Positions 39,555 to 49,431 are shown, counted from the stretch's first letter. The stretch: DNA of 64,000 bases from a candidate division FCPU426 bacterium (GCA_003136635.1 PLFD01000035.1:13984-77983), one strand, 5' to 3'. Numbers and translations are program-made. Notes: generated from the letters alone by a model not told the origin.

Positions 39555-40667
39555 TCAATAATTGGCTGTGTTAATGGAACCATTTGCAGGAATTGAACCA
39601 TCGATAAAAGAACCACTCATACTTCCACCATTGGAAAGATTAACTGTATAGCTATAAGTAATAGTTCGGTTGCAATCCGACTGCAAAGTATAAGTGGTAG
39701 CAACACCATCCGAAATGGACTGTGTTCCTAAATCTCCCGACGAGACAATGTTACCAAACAACGAGACGGAATATGTCACATCAATAGTACTTCCCGAACA
39801 CAATAAATTAGCAGAATCAAGCTCAAAAGAAATTGTACCTGTTAGTTCTGTCGTGCAATTTCTATTAGCATTTGTAATTGAAACATTGCTTGAAAATAAT
39901 ATTGAAACCGGAATCGAATAATTCTTCGATATTCCAATATTGGAAGTCGCATTTGTTGCTCCACCGAGTAAATCAAATGCCGTAAAATTCAAGGAAGTGC
40001 TATTAGCATCACAAGAGTTTTTAGTAATCGTTAGGGGAGCCATTGATCCTAATGTGTTTAAAATAACATGGGAAGGCGAAACACTAAAAGCCGAAGACAA
40101 ACCACTAGTTTGAATCGAAACTGGCACATCCAAATTCCCAGAATAGGAATACGAAACCGTAACTGGGATTTGATAGCCCACCGAAGATGAATAACCAATA
40201 GACGTTGGATTAGTTGAAATGGTTTGCCCTGAACAGCTAAAAGTAACGGCGTAATTGCCCGCGCCCGCTATGGTTAAGGGCTGAGAACTGTAAAGATATC
40301 GGGTTTGGGTGGGGATGTTTACCGAATAAATACCATCAAAAGAAGGCGTAAACAATAAGGGAGTTCCGCCGGAAGTTTGAGTAGTTGTATTAATGGTATT
40401 ACCGTTGGGATCAACCAAGTTCCAGGAAACACCGTTTTGCGAACTACCGCCATAGTTAACATAACAACTGACATTAACAGGGCCCAAAGTAGCTGTAGGC
40501 GTTGGTGAATTGGTTGGCGTGGCAGTATTGGTAGCGGTAGCCGTTACAGTAGGAACATCATAGGGTCCATTGGGAAGTTGGGTGCTTTTACAACCCAAAA
40601 TGAAACTAAAGCACATCAGTGAACAAAGAATAATTAGAGTCGAAATCTTCAAGTATTTGAGATTCAT
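39555..40667 (-). CDS. Ser/Thr-rich beta-sandwich lipoprotein, function unknown
   Basis: Lipobox ILG-C; short TPT linker; AT-rich coding sequence. Confidence 0.7.
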   Translation of the reverse strand: MNLKYLKISTLIILCSLMCFSFILGCKSTQLPNGPYDVPTVTATATNTATPTNSPTPTATLGPVNVSCYVNYGGSSQNGVSWNLVDPNGNTINTTTQTSGGTPLLFTPSFDGIYSVNIPTQTRYLYSSQPLTIAGAGNYAVTFSCSGQTISTNPTSIGYSSSVGYQIPVTVSYSYSGNLDVPVSIQTSGLSSAFSVSPSHVILNTLGSMAPLTITKNSCDANSTSLNFTAFDLLGGATNATSNIGISKNYSIPVSILFSSNVSITNANRNCTTELTGTISFELDSANLLCSGSTIDVTYSVSLFGNIVSSGDLGTQSISDGVATTYTLQSDCNRTITYSYTVNLSNGGSMSGSFIDGSIPANGSINTANY

Positions 40668-40687
40668 ATTTTTCCCCGGAAATAATC

Positions 40688-40824
40688 AATTGTAACCTCT
40701 GAAAAACTCGGCCATCGCCGTCTTTTCAGAAAAACATTCAAAGAAACCCCACGATTTCTTGCAGAGATCTCTGGGTCGCAACCTCTGTTTGAAGCTAACT
40801 ATTAGTTTTTCAGAGATTACAATT
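40688..40824. mobile_element. MITE-like element (137 bp)
   Basis: Terminal IRs aattgtaacctctgaaaaact / agtttttcagagattacaatt (20/21 match); no ORF. Confidence 0.5.
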
Positions 40825-41010
40825 AAAATTAGTTTTGATACTCATTAAGTGAATAATCGCGGAGCAGTTTACTATTCGAGGCCTAAACTTGAAAAGATCA
40901 AAAATAAAACTTCAAACTAAACAAATATTCACGGCAAATATTATAGTTTCATGAGGTTTTTTTAAGACTTTGTAAATGACATCATTTCAACTTTGATTAA
41001 ACCACTGGTC

Positions 41011-41045
41011 AAAAAAAAGGGCCGTCCCCTTTCGGGGACGGCCTT
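41011..41045 (-). terminator. Rho-independent terminator after the APC-PII gene
   Basis: Minus strand: ggccgtcccc-gaaa-ggggacggcc-cttttttt. Confidence 0.85.
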
Positions 41046-41068
41046 CCCATCTAAGCTTAATTTAAAAC

Positions 41069-43045
41069 TTAAACAGCGCTGATACCAGTCTCACCCGTAC
41101 GGACACGAACGGCTTCGCTCGTATCGAGGACGAAGATCTTACCGTCGCCTTTGTTACCCGTATTCAAGACTTCCGTCATGACTTCAATGACGTGAGGGAC
41201 ATCCCACACATTCACCACAACATCCACGCGGATCTTGTCGATGAATTTGACTTTGGTCGGCGCATCATCGGTTTTAGAGCCTCTGGTGCGGCCATAGCCC
41301 TTGACATCGGATACGGTCATCCCTTGAACCAATTCTTCTTTGTTCAAAGCATCCGCCAGGTTCTCCAGGGAATCCGGCCGAATGATGGCCGAGATCATCT
41401 TCATCCCGTGAGATTTCAAGATGGAGGTAAAGAACACGTAGAGGAACCAAACCAGGCCCCAGCCGCCCGCGATATAGAAGAATATCTTGGCTTCCAGCTG
41501 GGAATCGGCGTTACCGATGGTATAGAGGTAGATAACCCCCCAGCACATCAGCACGTTCAAAATGAGTCCGCCGAACGGAATGACGAAATGTTTGAACAAG
41601 TTAAAGTCTTTGCGTTTCTTGTAGGCGATAAAGGTCCAGATACAAACCGCGCCGTAAAGAACGAAAGTACCAAAGTTAGAGGCCAAGGTAATACCCGTCA
41701 AACCGTCCACCGATTGGCAGCCAATGGTCGCGATAATGCAGGAAACCGAGACCAGGAGCCAGATAGCGGCATGAGGCGAGCCTTTTTTCACGTGAATAAA
41801 GCCCAAGAAGTCAGGAAGTTCCCTGTCTTCAGCCATACCGGCGGTAACGCGAACGGCGGTGTTATAGCAAGCCAGGGTCGTTCCGATGACGGCGATGATG
41901 ACCGTGATGGCCATACAAATCATCAAGGGGAAACCCAAGTGACCGAAGAAAGCGTCGCCCAAACGGACAACCATGTCCCCGATCGGAGCGCTGGAAGCAG
42001 CACTCGCGGCCATACCGGTAACCACTGCGGTAGTCGCGGGAGCGGCAGCCACAGCGGCCACAGCAGCCACAGCGGGAGTAGTAGCGGTAGCGGCAACAGC
42101 CGGTACAGCGGCCACAGCGGCCACAGCCGGAACTGGAACGGTTCCCGTCAGCTTTTCGCTCACCATGAAGTTGGCTGCCCAATATTCAAACATATAGGCC
42201 AGCACGCACTGAACGATCAAAGCCACAATAATGGCTTTCGGAATATTCTTTTCCGGTTCTTTCGTTTCAGCCGATAAGGAAGTGGAGCTTTCGAAACCCA
42301 CGAGAATCAAAATGGCGATCGTGGCTTGAACCAATACCCCTTGAACCGAATGGAACTTAACGATGTCAAAGCCATCGCTGAAAGCCCACGAAGTAGCGTG
42401 TTCCGGATTAATCAGGCGGTAGGCGATAGCCGCGATGCTGAATATGCCCAATGTGGTCCATTGAATAATATTGCCCCACATGTTCATCTTCGTGGAACCG
42501 GCCACACCCTGGTAGGCGATGAGGCCCACACCGAAGGCAAATACCCAGGCGACGACCAGTTCCCATAACATGGGCAAGGTTGCCCCGTTAAAGAACGCGC
42601 CGTAAAGGTACGAAACCATGGTTCCCATGAAGGCCACCATGACGCCGGGATATACCCAATAAAACAAATGGGCCGCCCAGCCGGTGATCAGCTTGGCGAT
42701 ACGAGCCGCCGAAGCAGGACCGGGACGCTTTAATCCCTGGTCATCAATAAAGGCTTTTTCCGCGAAATACACAGCTCCGGCAAAACCCGCTTCCGGATAA
42801 ATTTTCGCCAATTCCATGTAGGACAAGGCTGTTAAAAGAGCCAATCCCAAAGCGACGAGAATGCCGCCCCACATGTCATTCGCACAGGAAGCTCCCGACG
42901 GGGTCGAAGCTGCCGCCTGTAGTTGATAGGTAATCCACAAAAACGCGCCCGGCGCGATCAGCGCCATAGCGTTAGTAGACGCACCTTTCCAATCAAGCAC
43001 CCTTTCAACCGCGGACGGCGGCGTGGGCGTAGATGACTTAGCCAT
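41069..43045 (-). CDS. APC-family amino-acid/amine permease fused to a C-terminal P-II domain
   Basis: About 12 TM helices with GFES...L.AETKEP; C-terminus MKMISAIIRP...GMTVSDVKGYG...TGNKGDGKIFV...RVRTGE, single ORF. Confidence 0.88.
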   Translation of the reverse strand: MAKSSTPTPPSAVERVLDWKGASTNAMALIAPGAFLWITYQLQAAASTPSGASCANDMWGGILVALGLALLTALSYMELAKIYPEAGFAGAVYFAEKAFIDDQGLKRPGPASAARIAKLITGWAAHLFYWVYPGVMVAFMGTMVSYLYGAFFNGATLPMLWELVVAWVFAFGVGLIAYQGVAGSTKMNMWGNIIQWTTLGIFSIAAIAYRLINPEHATSWAFSDGFDIVKFHSVQGVLVQATIAILILVGFESSTSLSAETKEPEKNIPKAIIVALIVQCVLAYMFEYWAANFMVSEKLTGTVPVPAVAAVAAVPAVAATATTPAVAAVAAVAAAPATTAVVTGMAASAASSAPIGDMVVRLGDAFFGHLGFPLMICMAITVIIAVIGTTLACYNTAVRVTAGMAEDRELPDFLGFIHVKKGSPHAAIWLLVSVSCIIATIGCQSVDGLTGITLASNFGTFVLYGAVCIWTFIAYKKRKDFNLFKHFVIPFGGLILNVLMCWGVIYLYTIGNADSQLEAKIFFYIAGGWGLVWFLYVFFTSILKSHGMKMISAIIRPDSLENLADALNKEELVQGMTVSDVKGYGRTRGSKTDDAPTKVKFIDKIRVDVVVNVWDVPHVIEVMTEVLNTGNKGDGKIFVLDTSEAVRVRTGETGISAV

Positions 43046-43098
43046 AATAATTCTCCTTTTTTACAGCAGATTGCTGAAATGTTTGACGAGGGTGTTAA

Positions 43099-43114
43099 AG
43101 CAAGGCTCATGCCA
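43099..43114 (-). promoter_or_regulatory. Sigma54 -24/-12 promoter (APC-PII)
   Basis: TGGCATGAGCCTTGCT. Confidence 0.8.
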
Positions 43115-43541
43115 TCTATAAATTTTTAGTAATAACCTAGTAAATATTTAATAAACATCGCAAATTATTAATAAAAATCTAATAAACAAAAGATAAATTT
43201 CCGGTTCAAAAATGTAGATGTATACAAAAAATCCCACATCCAACACCAAAAACGCAATTTTCGGTTTTGAACTAAATGTTGGGGTTTTATTGATTATTGA
43301 GTTATTTAAAAGAGATGAACAACAACGATTAGATCACAAACGATGGTGGAGTACTTCAAAAAGGCGGAGGCTTTTGACGACGGATTATCCATTAAACTTA
43401 TTTAAGAACGAACCCCGCCGCTTAAATAAAGTGATTTCGTCTCTTTAATAGTTTAAGAGAAGTATGGGGATCAACGTTTTCACTCCTATTTTTGGGCAAA
43501 ATCAAAAATAGGGACAAACCAATAGCTCAATGGCACTTCAT

Positions 43542-43823
43542 TTAGGGAGCGTAGATTTTCATGAGTTTGTAAACGACGAGGGCCGCCAGAACTGCCACCA
43601 TAATCCCCACTTTGACTAAAACCTTTTTTTTGGTCTTTTTTTTCTCACAAGCGGGGCAATAACCCACCGTTGAATCCCGCGGATCGACGCCGTATTTGGT
43701 TCCGCACTCAGTACAGGTCGCGACCAACAAGCTTTTCGATTTGCCGCAAGAGGGACATTCGGTTTGATTTTTTTCCAGATAGGCACCGCAAAACTTACAC
43801 TTGATTCTTGAAATTTTAGCCAT
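43542..43823 (-). CDS. Double zinc-ribbon protein with C-terminal TM anchor
   Basis: Four CxxC pairs, basic stretch, hydrophobic tail; SD AGGAG. Confidence 0.75.
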   Translation of the reverse strand: MAKISRIKCKFCGAYLEKNQTECPSCGKSKSLLVATCTECGTKYGVDPRDSTVGYCPACEKKKTKKKVLVKVGIMVAVLAALVVYKLMKIYAP

Positions 43824-43840
43824 GGAGGATCTCCTGAAAA

Positions 43841-44242
43841 TTATTTACGGCGTTTCGCCGGCTTTTTGCGCGCGGAAACTTTCGGCTTAACGCTTCTGCG
43901 TTTCTTCGGCTTCGCAGCCCGTTTGGCCCTAACCGCGGGGCCACAAGGCGGCTTTAACTTGGCCCGGAATTTTTTTTCCAAAGCCTTCCTTTGAGCCGCC
44001 GTCAAATCGGGGGTATAAAGAACGTTTACCCTCAATTCATATTTTTTTGAATTTTTAAGCCAGCATTCCCGGCGGGTACTGGTTTCAATGGCCTTGCGGA
44101 CCTCTTCGGATTCCCCGATATCTAAAATGGTGTGCTTTCCCTTGAGATATTCGGTAACCAAAAATATTCCCGGTTTATTCCTCAAATCTCCTGGAGCCTG
44201 GTAAGACCCTTCAAAGAGATAAGAATCGATTTTGACGCTCAT
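43841..44242 (-). CDS. Small GIY-YIG-like protein with a basic histone-like tail
   Basis: PGIF...LDIGES...CW...R..LE......PPCG; K/R/A/P-rich tail. Confidence 0.55.
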   Translation of the reverse strand: MSVKIDSYLFEGSYQAPGDLRNKPGIFLVTEYLKGKHTILDIGESEEVRKAIETSTRRECWLKNSKKYELRVNVLYTPDLTAAQRKALEKKFRAKLKPPCGPAVRAKRAAKPKKRRSVKPKVSARKKPAKRRK

Positions 44243-44402
44243 GGTAAAAACTCCTTGCCTATTTAAGAAAAGAATCTCTCCGCGTTAACGGAAAGCCTCG
44301 CGAAAACCATCTGCGCATCAACCGCCTTCGCCAATTGAATGATACAACAGGTTGCAAATCCGGTGCTTTATAAATTGAACCCATCGATAAATCTTCTATC
44401 CG

Positions 44403-44437
44403 AAAAACAAAGGGCCAACCGGGGAGGTTGACCCTTT
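44403..44437 (-). terminator. Rho-independent terminator after glnK
   Basis: Minus strand: aaagggtcaacc-tcccc-ggttggccctttgttttt. Confidence 0.7.
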
Positions 44438-44477
44438 ATAGACCTGCATCAGTTTTCTGATTCCAAATAAAAGCCGA

Positions 44478-44819
44478 TTAATCGATGGCTTTTTCTCCAG
44501 TTTCCTTCGAGCTAATACGAATCGCGTCGTCGACTTTATAAACAAATATCTTTCCATCGCCGACTTTTCCCGAGGCGCAAACGTCCAGAATTCCTTCAAT
44601 CAGCTTGTCCACCAATTTGTCCGAAACCACGAGCTCTACTTTGATCTTCGGCAAAAACGGTGTTTTGTACTGCGTTCCGCGCCATTGGTGAGTCACGCCG
44701 CGCTGCTTGCCGTGTCCCACAATTTCGGTAACCGACATTCCCGGATATCCGAGGCTTTCCAGGTGCAAACGCAACGGCTCAAGATTTTCAGGCCGGATGA
44801 TCGCTTCAATTTTTTTCAT
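44478..44819 (-). CDS. glnK: P-II nitrogen regulator
   Basis: MKKIEAIIRP, GHGKQRG, RG..Y51, GKVGDGKIFV; downstream of amtB. Confidence 0.93.
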   Translation of the reverse strand: MKKIEAIIRPENLEPLRLHLESLGYPGMSVTEIVGHGKQRGVTHQWRGTQYKTPFLPKIKVELVVSDKLVDKLIEGILDVCASGKVGDGKIFVYKVDDAIRISSKETGEKAID

Positions 44820-44882
44820 GTGAATCCTCCTTGTAAAGTGAAGGGGATGGTTCTAAAACCATCCCCCCTAATACACTGCTGG

Positions 44883-46463
44883 CTAGTCAAGTTCCGGATA
44901 AGCTGTGCCGCCGTGTTCGTGAATGTCCATGCCTTCCAGTTCGCCTTCTTTCGAGATACGAAGGGTTCCTGTCAGGTTGACAGCGTACATCAGGATGAGA
45001 GCCACAATGAAAGTCGCTCCGCCGATGGCCGCGTTACCCTCGACCTGCGCGATGAATTGATTCCATCCGCCGCCGTAGAAAAGACCTGTTACAACTGCTC
45101 CCGCTGAATTGTCAGGACCAAGAGGACCAGGAGCGCCATATTTACCCGTGGCGAATAATCCCAAGCTCCAGGTACCCCAGATACCGCAGGCACCGTGAAC
45201 CGGCCAAGCGCCTACTGGATCGTCGATGCGGATGTACTCTAAGAAGTCGGTTGCCAAGACCACAACCACGCCCGCCACCGCGCCGAGAATGATGGCGCCC
45301 AGGGGATCAACCCAGTAGCAAGGGCAGGTGATAGCCACAAGACCGGCCAAGAAGCCGTTCACGCAGGTACCGCAATCCCAAATTTTGGCCCGAGGATAAA
45401 CAAAGAAGAGGGCTGAAAGACCGCCCGCGCAAGCCGCCAAAGTCGTATTGGCTGAAATTCTGGCGCAGCCTTGGAAATCCATACCCGACAAGGTCGATCC
45501 AGGATTAAACCCGTACCAGCCGAACCAGAGGATGACACCGCCGACCGCGGCGATCGTCATATTATGACCGGGCATCGGTCCGCCGCCGTCGCGTTTGAAT
45601 TTGCGTCCCAAACGAGGGCCGAGAACAATGGCGCCCGCTAAGGCGACCATTCCGCCGATGGTATGAACCACGGTGGAACCCGCGAAATCGTGGAACGGAG
45701 TCTTCAAGTTATTCAACCATCCATCCGGACCCCAAGCCCAGTGACCGATGATCGGATAGATAAAGCCCGAAACGCCCAAGCTATAGAGAAGATCGCCGAT
45801 GAAACCCGTACGGCCGACCATGGCACCCGAAGTAACTGTCGAGCAGGTATCCGCGAAAGCAAACTGGAAAATCCAGACTGCCAACATCGGAACACCGGTC
45901 GTCAGATAGGTATCTGGCGCGCCCGTTAAGCAATAATACTGATTGCCGATCCAGCCGCTTCCCGCGCCGAACATCCAGGCAAAACCCCAAGCCCAGAATA
46001 AAAGACCGCAGAGACAGGTATCCACAATACCTTCCAACAGGACGTTAACTGTTTCCCGGGTCCGGGCAAAACCGGCTTCCAGGAACATGAACCCCGCCTG
46101 CATGAAAAACACCAGGAAGGCCGCGACCAGCGTCCACATGGTATTAATCGGATTAACATACTCCGGGTTTGGCGGAGTCGCCGCCGGAGCAGCAGCCGCT
46201 GCCGGGGCCGCCGCGGTGGCAGCTGCCGCCGCTGTAGCCGTTACCGGACTATCCTGCGCTAAAGACTTGGTGCCGAACACATAAACAGAAATCATCGTGA
46301 TCAGCGCGAAAAGCACAACCAACCCGAGGGCCTTCCCGCCCAGAATCGTGAAAAAAAGTTTACGCTGTTGCGGATCACTCCATTTTTCGCGAAGCCGATT
46401 GATGAATTCCCCCCTTCCTCGAACCGGGGAAACATCACGGTTCTTTTTTGAAAAAATAGCCAT
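44883..46463 (-). CDS. amtB: Ammonium transporter
   Basis: LVFFMQAGF..LEAG, FQFAFA, DFAGSTVVH, LWFGWYGFNPGS, DDPVGAWPVHG; start moved to MAIF after SD GGAGG. Confidence 0.95.
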   Translation of the reverse strand: MAIFSKKNRDVSPVRGRGEFINRLREKWSDPQQRKLFFTILGGKALGLVVLFALITMISVYVFGTKSLAQDSPVTATAAAAATAAAPAAAAAPAATPPNPEYVNPINTMWTLVAAFLVFFMQAGFMFLEAGFARTRETVNVLLEGIVDTCLCGLLFWAWGFAWMFGAGSGWIGNQYYCLTGAPDTYLTTGVPMLAVWIFQFAFADTCSTVTSGAMVGRTGFIGDLLYSLGVSGFIYPIIGHWAWGPDGWLNNLKTPFHDFAGSTVVHTIGGMVALAGAIVLGPRLGRKFKRDGGGPMPGHNMTIAAVGGVILWFGWYGFNPGSTLSGMDFQGCARISANTTLAACAGGLSALFFVYPRAKIWDCGTCVNGFLAGLVAITCPCYWVDPLGAIILGAVAGVVVVLATDFLEYIRIDDPVGAWPVHGACGIWGTWSLGLFATGKYGAPGPLGPDNSAGAVVTGLFYGGGWNQFIAQVEGNAAIGGATFIVALILMYAVNLTGTLRISKEGELEGMDIHEHGGTAYPELD

Positions 46464-46513
46464 GGAAAACCTCCTGAAGAAAATAATGGTAAAACCAACC
46501 ATGTCTCCCTTAG

Positions 46514-46529
46514 AGCAAAGGGTATGCCA
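46514..46529 (-). promoter_or_regulatory. Sigma54 -24/-12 promoter (amtB-glnK)
   Basis: TGGCATACCCTTTGCT. Confidence 0.8.
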
Positions 46530-46971
46530 TTTCAAACTGAGAATTTTTTCAGCGGGGGGATTCTTCGGAGCGATCCAAGGCTTACACGTCTTAAAAAACT
46601 GAAAGATAATTTCGAAATGCCGCAAAACACTGAACTGGTACGGAAAAAAAGAGATTAGTTTTCAAACGAGCTCTTAAATAATTTTAAAATTATTTTCAAC
46701 TGTCGAAAAAAAGGAGCGGTAAACCAAAAAATTTTTACTACTTCCTTACGGGTCTTGGGGCACCGACGATTTTTTATCCAAAACACTTACTTTTAACTTA
46801 CTAAATATTTACTATTTATTTACTACAACTTTTGTATGATTACCGTAAAGGTCTACATAAACGTCCAAATTTAATTGTCAATTCTCTCTATTTCCATTTG
46901 CAAATGTAAAAAGTCGTAAATAAACAATAAGATTATCGTAATTGGAAGCTGCTTAAAATCTAGTCGGTAAC

Positions 46972-46987
46972 GGGCATTAACCTTGCT
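46972..46987 (+). promoter_or_regulatory. Sigma54 -24/-12 promoter (kdpD-like operon)
   Basis: GGGCATTAACCTTGCT (GG-N10-GC). Confidence 0.65.
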
Positions 46988-47082
46988 TTCAATAGGGTAA
47001 TAATTCGTTTCAAACCAGCCCCTCATCAAAAAGTTTCAACGGTTGTCGCCGAAGAAACAAAACGACAAATTAGGATCAGAAA

Positions 47083-48654
47083 ATGAAAAAAAACGCGGAG
47101 GATATCTCTCCTCTTACGGTCCTTATCGACTCCCACCCCGCCAGCTCATCCGCTCTAAAAACCGTATATGACTGGAAATCTTATCTCTTCGCCCTCTTGG
47201 TTCTTGTCATCTGTAACGGCTCAGCTTGGATTTGCAAAGACTTTTTAGCTCTCACCAATATTCTGATGATCTATTTAATCGGCATTCTGATTGTTGTTTT
47301 TAAGTGCGGAAAAGGTCCTTCAATCTTCGCCTGCGTCCTTGGTGTTTTAAGTTTTGATTTCTTTATGGTCCCGCCCCGGTTCGTTTTTGCCCACAGCGAC
47401 ACCCAATATCTCATCACACTTTTAGTCATTCTCATGATCACCCTTACGATTAGTGGGTTAATGGTAAGAATCCGTTATCAAACCGAAACCATCCAATTGA
47501 GAGAAAATCGGACTGCCGCACTCTTTACGCTCAGTTGTAAATTAGCGGCATGCCAGGAGGTTAACTCCTTGCTTGAAACCGCGGTAGAACATATCTCTCA
47601 TATTATGGATTGCCGGGTAATTCTTCTGATGCCGGATCAGAATAAATTGTTGACTGTACGAGCCGGACTGGAATCCGGATTTGTCTTAACCCCTTCGGAG
47701 CGAAAAATTGCCGATTCGGTTTATCATTCCGAAAATAGGTCCCCACAGGAAACTAAAACTTTTTCTGACATGGACGGGTTATACCTTCCCCTGATGGTTT
47801 CAGGTAATCCTCTGGGAGTCCTGGGAGTACAACCACTTCATCAAGATTCTTTATCCTCAGAACAACAACATTTTCTTCAGTCCCTCGCCAATCAAATCGG
47901 AGCCTCTCTGGAAAATGCCAGGCTTGCCGAGGAAAGTCAAAAATCCCGTTTACAGATTGAAACCGAACAGTTAAGAAGCGCTCTTTTAAGTTCGGTTTCT
48001 CACGACTTGCGCACGCCTTTAGCGGTCATTACGGGTTCGGCCAGCGGTCTCTTGGAGCCCGAAAACCGTCTGAGTGCCAAAGCCCGTCAGGAACTGATTC
48101 AGGATATTTTCGATGAATCCGAACGCTTAAACCGTCTTTTAAGCAATTTGCTCGAGATGACCAAACTCAGCACTGACAAGATTCGGTTGAAAAAAGAAAT
48201 TCAACCCCTGGAAGAAATTCTGGGATCTTCTCTTTTCCGCTTGGAAAAAAAGCTGGGAAATCGTCCGGTTAAAACAATGATTCCTATCAATCTTCCTATG
48301 GTTCCTTTGGATAGCATTCTGATGGAACAGGTTTTTATCAACCTGATCGAGAATGCCCTCAAATACACTCCTCCTGATTCTCCTATTGAGATTTCAGCTT
48401 CTCAGGAAGGAACCTTTTTAAAAACCCAAATATCGGACCATGGTCCAGGCCTGGAAAAAGATGATGAAGAACATATTTTTGAAAAGTTTTATCGCGGTCT
48501 TAAAACCGGAACGCAAGGCGGGGTCGGCTTGGGACTGGCGATCTGCAAAAGCATTGTGGAAGCCCACGGCGGCAAAATATGGGCCGAAACCCGACGGGAT
48601 GGCGGCGCTTCTTTTTATTTCACCCTCCCTTTAACGACAAAGACGGAATCATGA
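47083..48654 (+). CDS. KdpD-like sensor histidine kinase lacking the N-terminal KdpD and USP domains (DUF4118-GAF-HisKA-HATPase)
   Basis: FDFFMVPPRF TM module; E.LRSALLSSVSHDLRTPL; NLIENALKY; GLGLAICK. Confidence 0.88.
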   Translation: MKKNAEDISPLTVLIDSHPASSSALKTVYDWKSYLFALLVLVICNGSAWICKDFLALTNILMIYLIGILIVVFKCGKGPSIFACVLGVLSFDFFMVPPRFVFAHSDTQYLITLLVILMITLTISGLMVRIRYQTETIQLRENRTAALFTLSCKLAACQEVNSLLETAVEHISHIMDCRVILLMPDQNKLLTVRAGLESGFVLTPSERKIADSVYHSENRSPQETKTFSDMDGLYLPLMVSGNPLGVLGVQPLHQDSLSSEQQHFLQSLANQIGASLENARLAEESQKSRLQIETEQLRSALLSSVSHDLRTPLAVITGSASGLLEPENRLSAKARQELIQDIFDESERLNRLLSNLLEMTKLSTDKIRLKKEIQPLEEILGSSLFRLEKKLGNRPVKTMIPINLPMVPLDSILMEQVFINLIENALKYTPPDSPIEISASQEGTFLKTQISDHGPGLEKDDEEHIFEKFYRGLKTGTQGGVGLGLAICKSIVEAHGGKIWAETRRDGGASFYFTLPLTTKTES

Positions 48655-48672
48655 CCAAAGAAAGGATTTAAA

Positions 48673-49371
48673 ATGGCGGCAATATATCCAACAATTCTAA
48701 TGATCGAGGACGAAGAACATATTCGGCGGTTTCTGAGGCATTCTCTGGAAAGCCAGGACTTCCGCTTGATTGAATCCGCAACCGGCGCGGAAGGTTTGAC
48801 CTTAGCGGCTTCACATCATCCGGACGTCATCCTGCTGGATCTGGGCCTGCCGGACATGGACGGGTTGGAAGTCCTTCAGCGATGCCGGAGCTGGAATACG
48901 ACGCCCATTATCATTCTTTCCGCCAGAGGCAAGGATCAGGACAAAATCCACGCTCTGGAAATCGGCGCGGACGACTATCTAACCAAACCTTTTAGCGTGG
49001 GTGAGTTAACTGCGCGCATCAAAGTGGCCCTGAGGCATTCCAACCGCCCCAACGCCGCTTCGATTGAAACCGTTTTTAAGTCGGGCAGCTTAATGGTTGA
49101 TATGCAGGAACATCGAGTCACCTTAAACGATCAACCCGTTCATTTAACCCCTACCGAATTCAAATTATTGGCCATTTTAGTCCGTAAAGCAGGCCGATTA
49201 GTGACTTGGAAGGAATTATTAGGCGATATTTGGGGACCCACTGGAGGTGATTCAACTCATTACCTTCGTATTTATATTTCTCAGCTTCGCCACAAATTGG
49301 AGGAAAACCCCGCCAGGCCTCGTTACCTCATTACCGAAGCGGGGGTAGGCTATCGCCTCAATGTTGATTAG
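48673..49371 (+). CDS. kdpE: KdpE-like response regulator
   Basis: LLDLGLPDMDG, GADDYLTKPF, HLTPTEF, HYLRIYISQLRHKLE.NP.RPRY..TE.GVGY. Confidence 0.88.
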   Translation: MAAIYPTILMIEDEEHIRRFLRHSLESQDFRLIESATGAEGLTLAASHHPDVILLDLGLPDMDGLEVLQRCRSWNTTPIIILSARGKDQDKIHALEIGADDYLTKPFSVGELTARIKVALRHSNRPNAASIETVFKSGSLMVDMQEHRVTLNDQPVHLTPTEFKLLAILVRKAGRLVTWKELLGDIWGPTGGDSTHYLRIYISQLRHKLEENPARPRYLITEAGVGYRLNVD

Positions 49372-49403
49372 AAGACTGTAAATGATTAAAAGTCTAAAAA
49401 ATC

Positions 49404-49431
49404 TTTACGATTAACATACTTGCTCTTACAC
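49404..49431 (+). promoter_or_regulatory. Possible KdpE-type binding site
   Basis: Direct repeats tttac/catac/cttac at 11- and 10-bp spacing upstream of the transporter. Confidence 0.3.

Noticed and set aside
41192-42277. 361-aa plus-strand ORF with GHS/SGH repeats
   Set aside because: Antisense to the APC-PII gene; the repeats mirror its Ala-rich insert
35453-44437. Similar aaagggcc...tttc...ggcc hairpins at 35453, 39517, 41011 and 44403 as a repeat family
   Set aside because: Each directly follows a stop codon and has a U tract; ordinary terminators, three with GAAA loops
46464-46625. N-terminal extension of amtB in the ORF track (similar extensions on glpK, FKBP, cupin, rhaD and the second permease)
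   Set aside because: The extension spans the sigma54 promoter or upstream genes; downstream starts have SD sequences and match family N-termini
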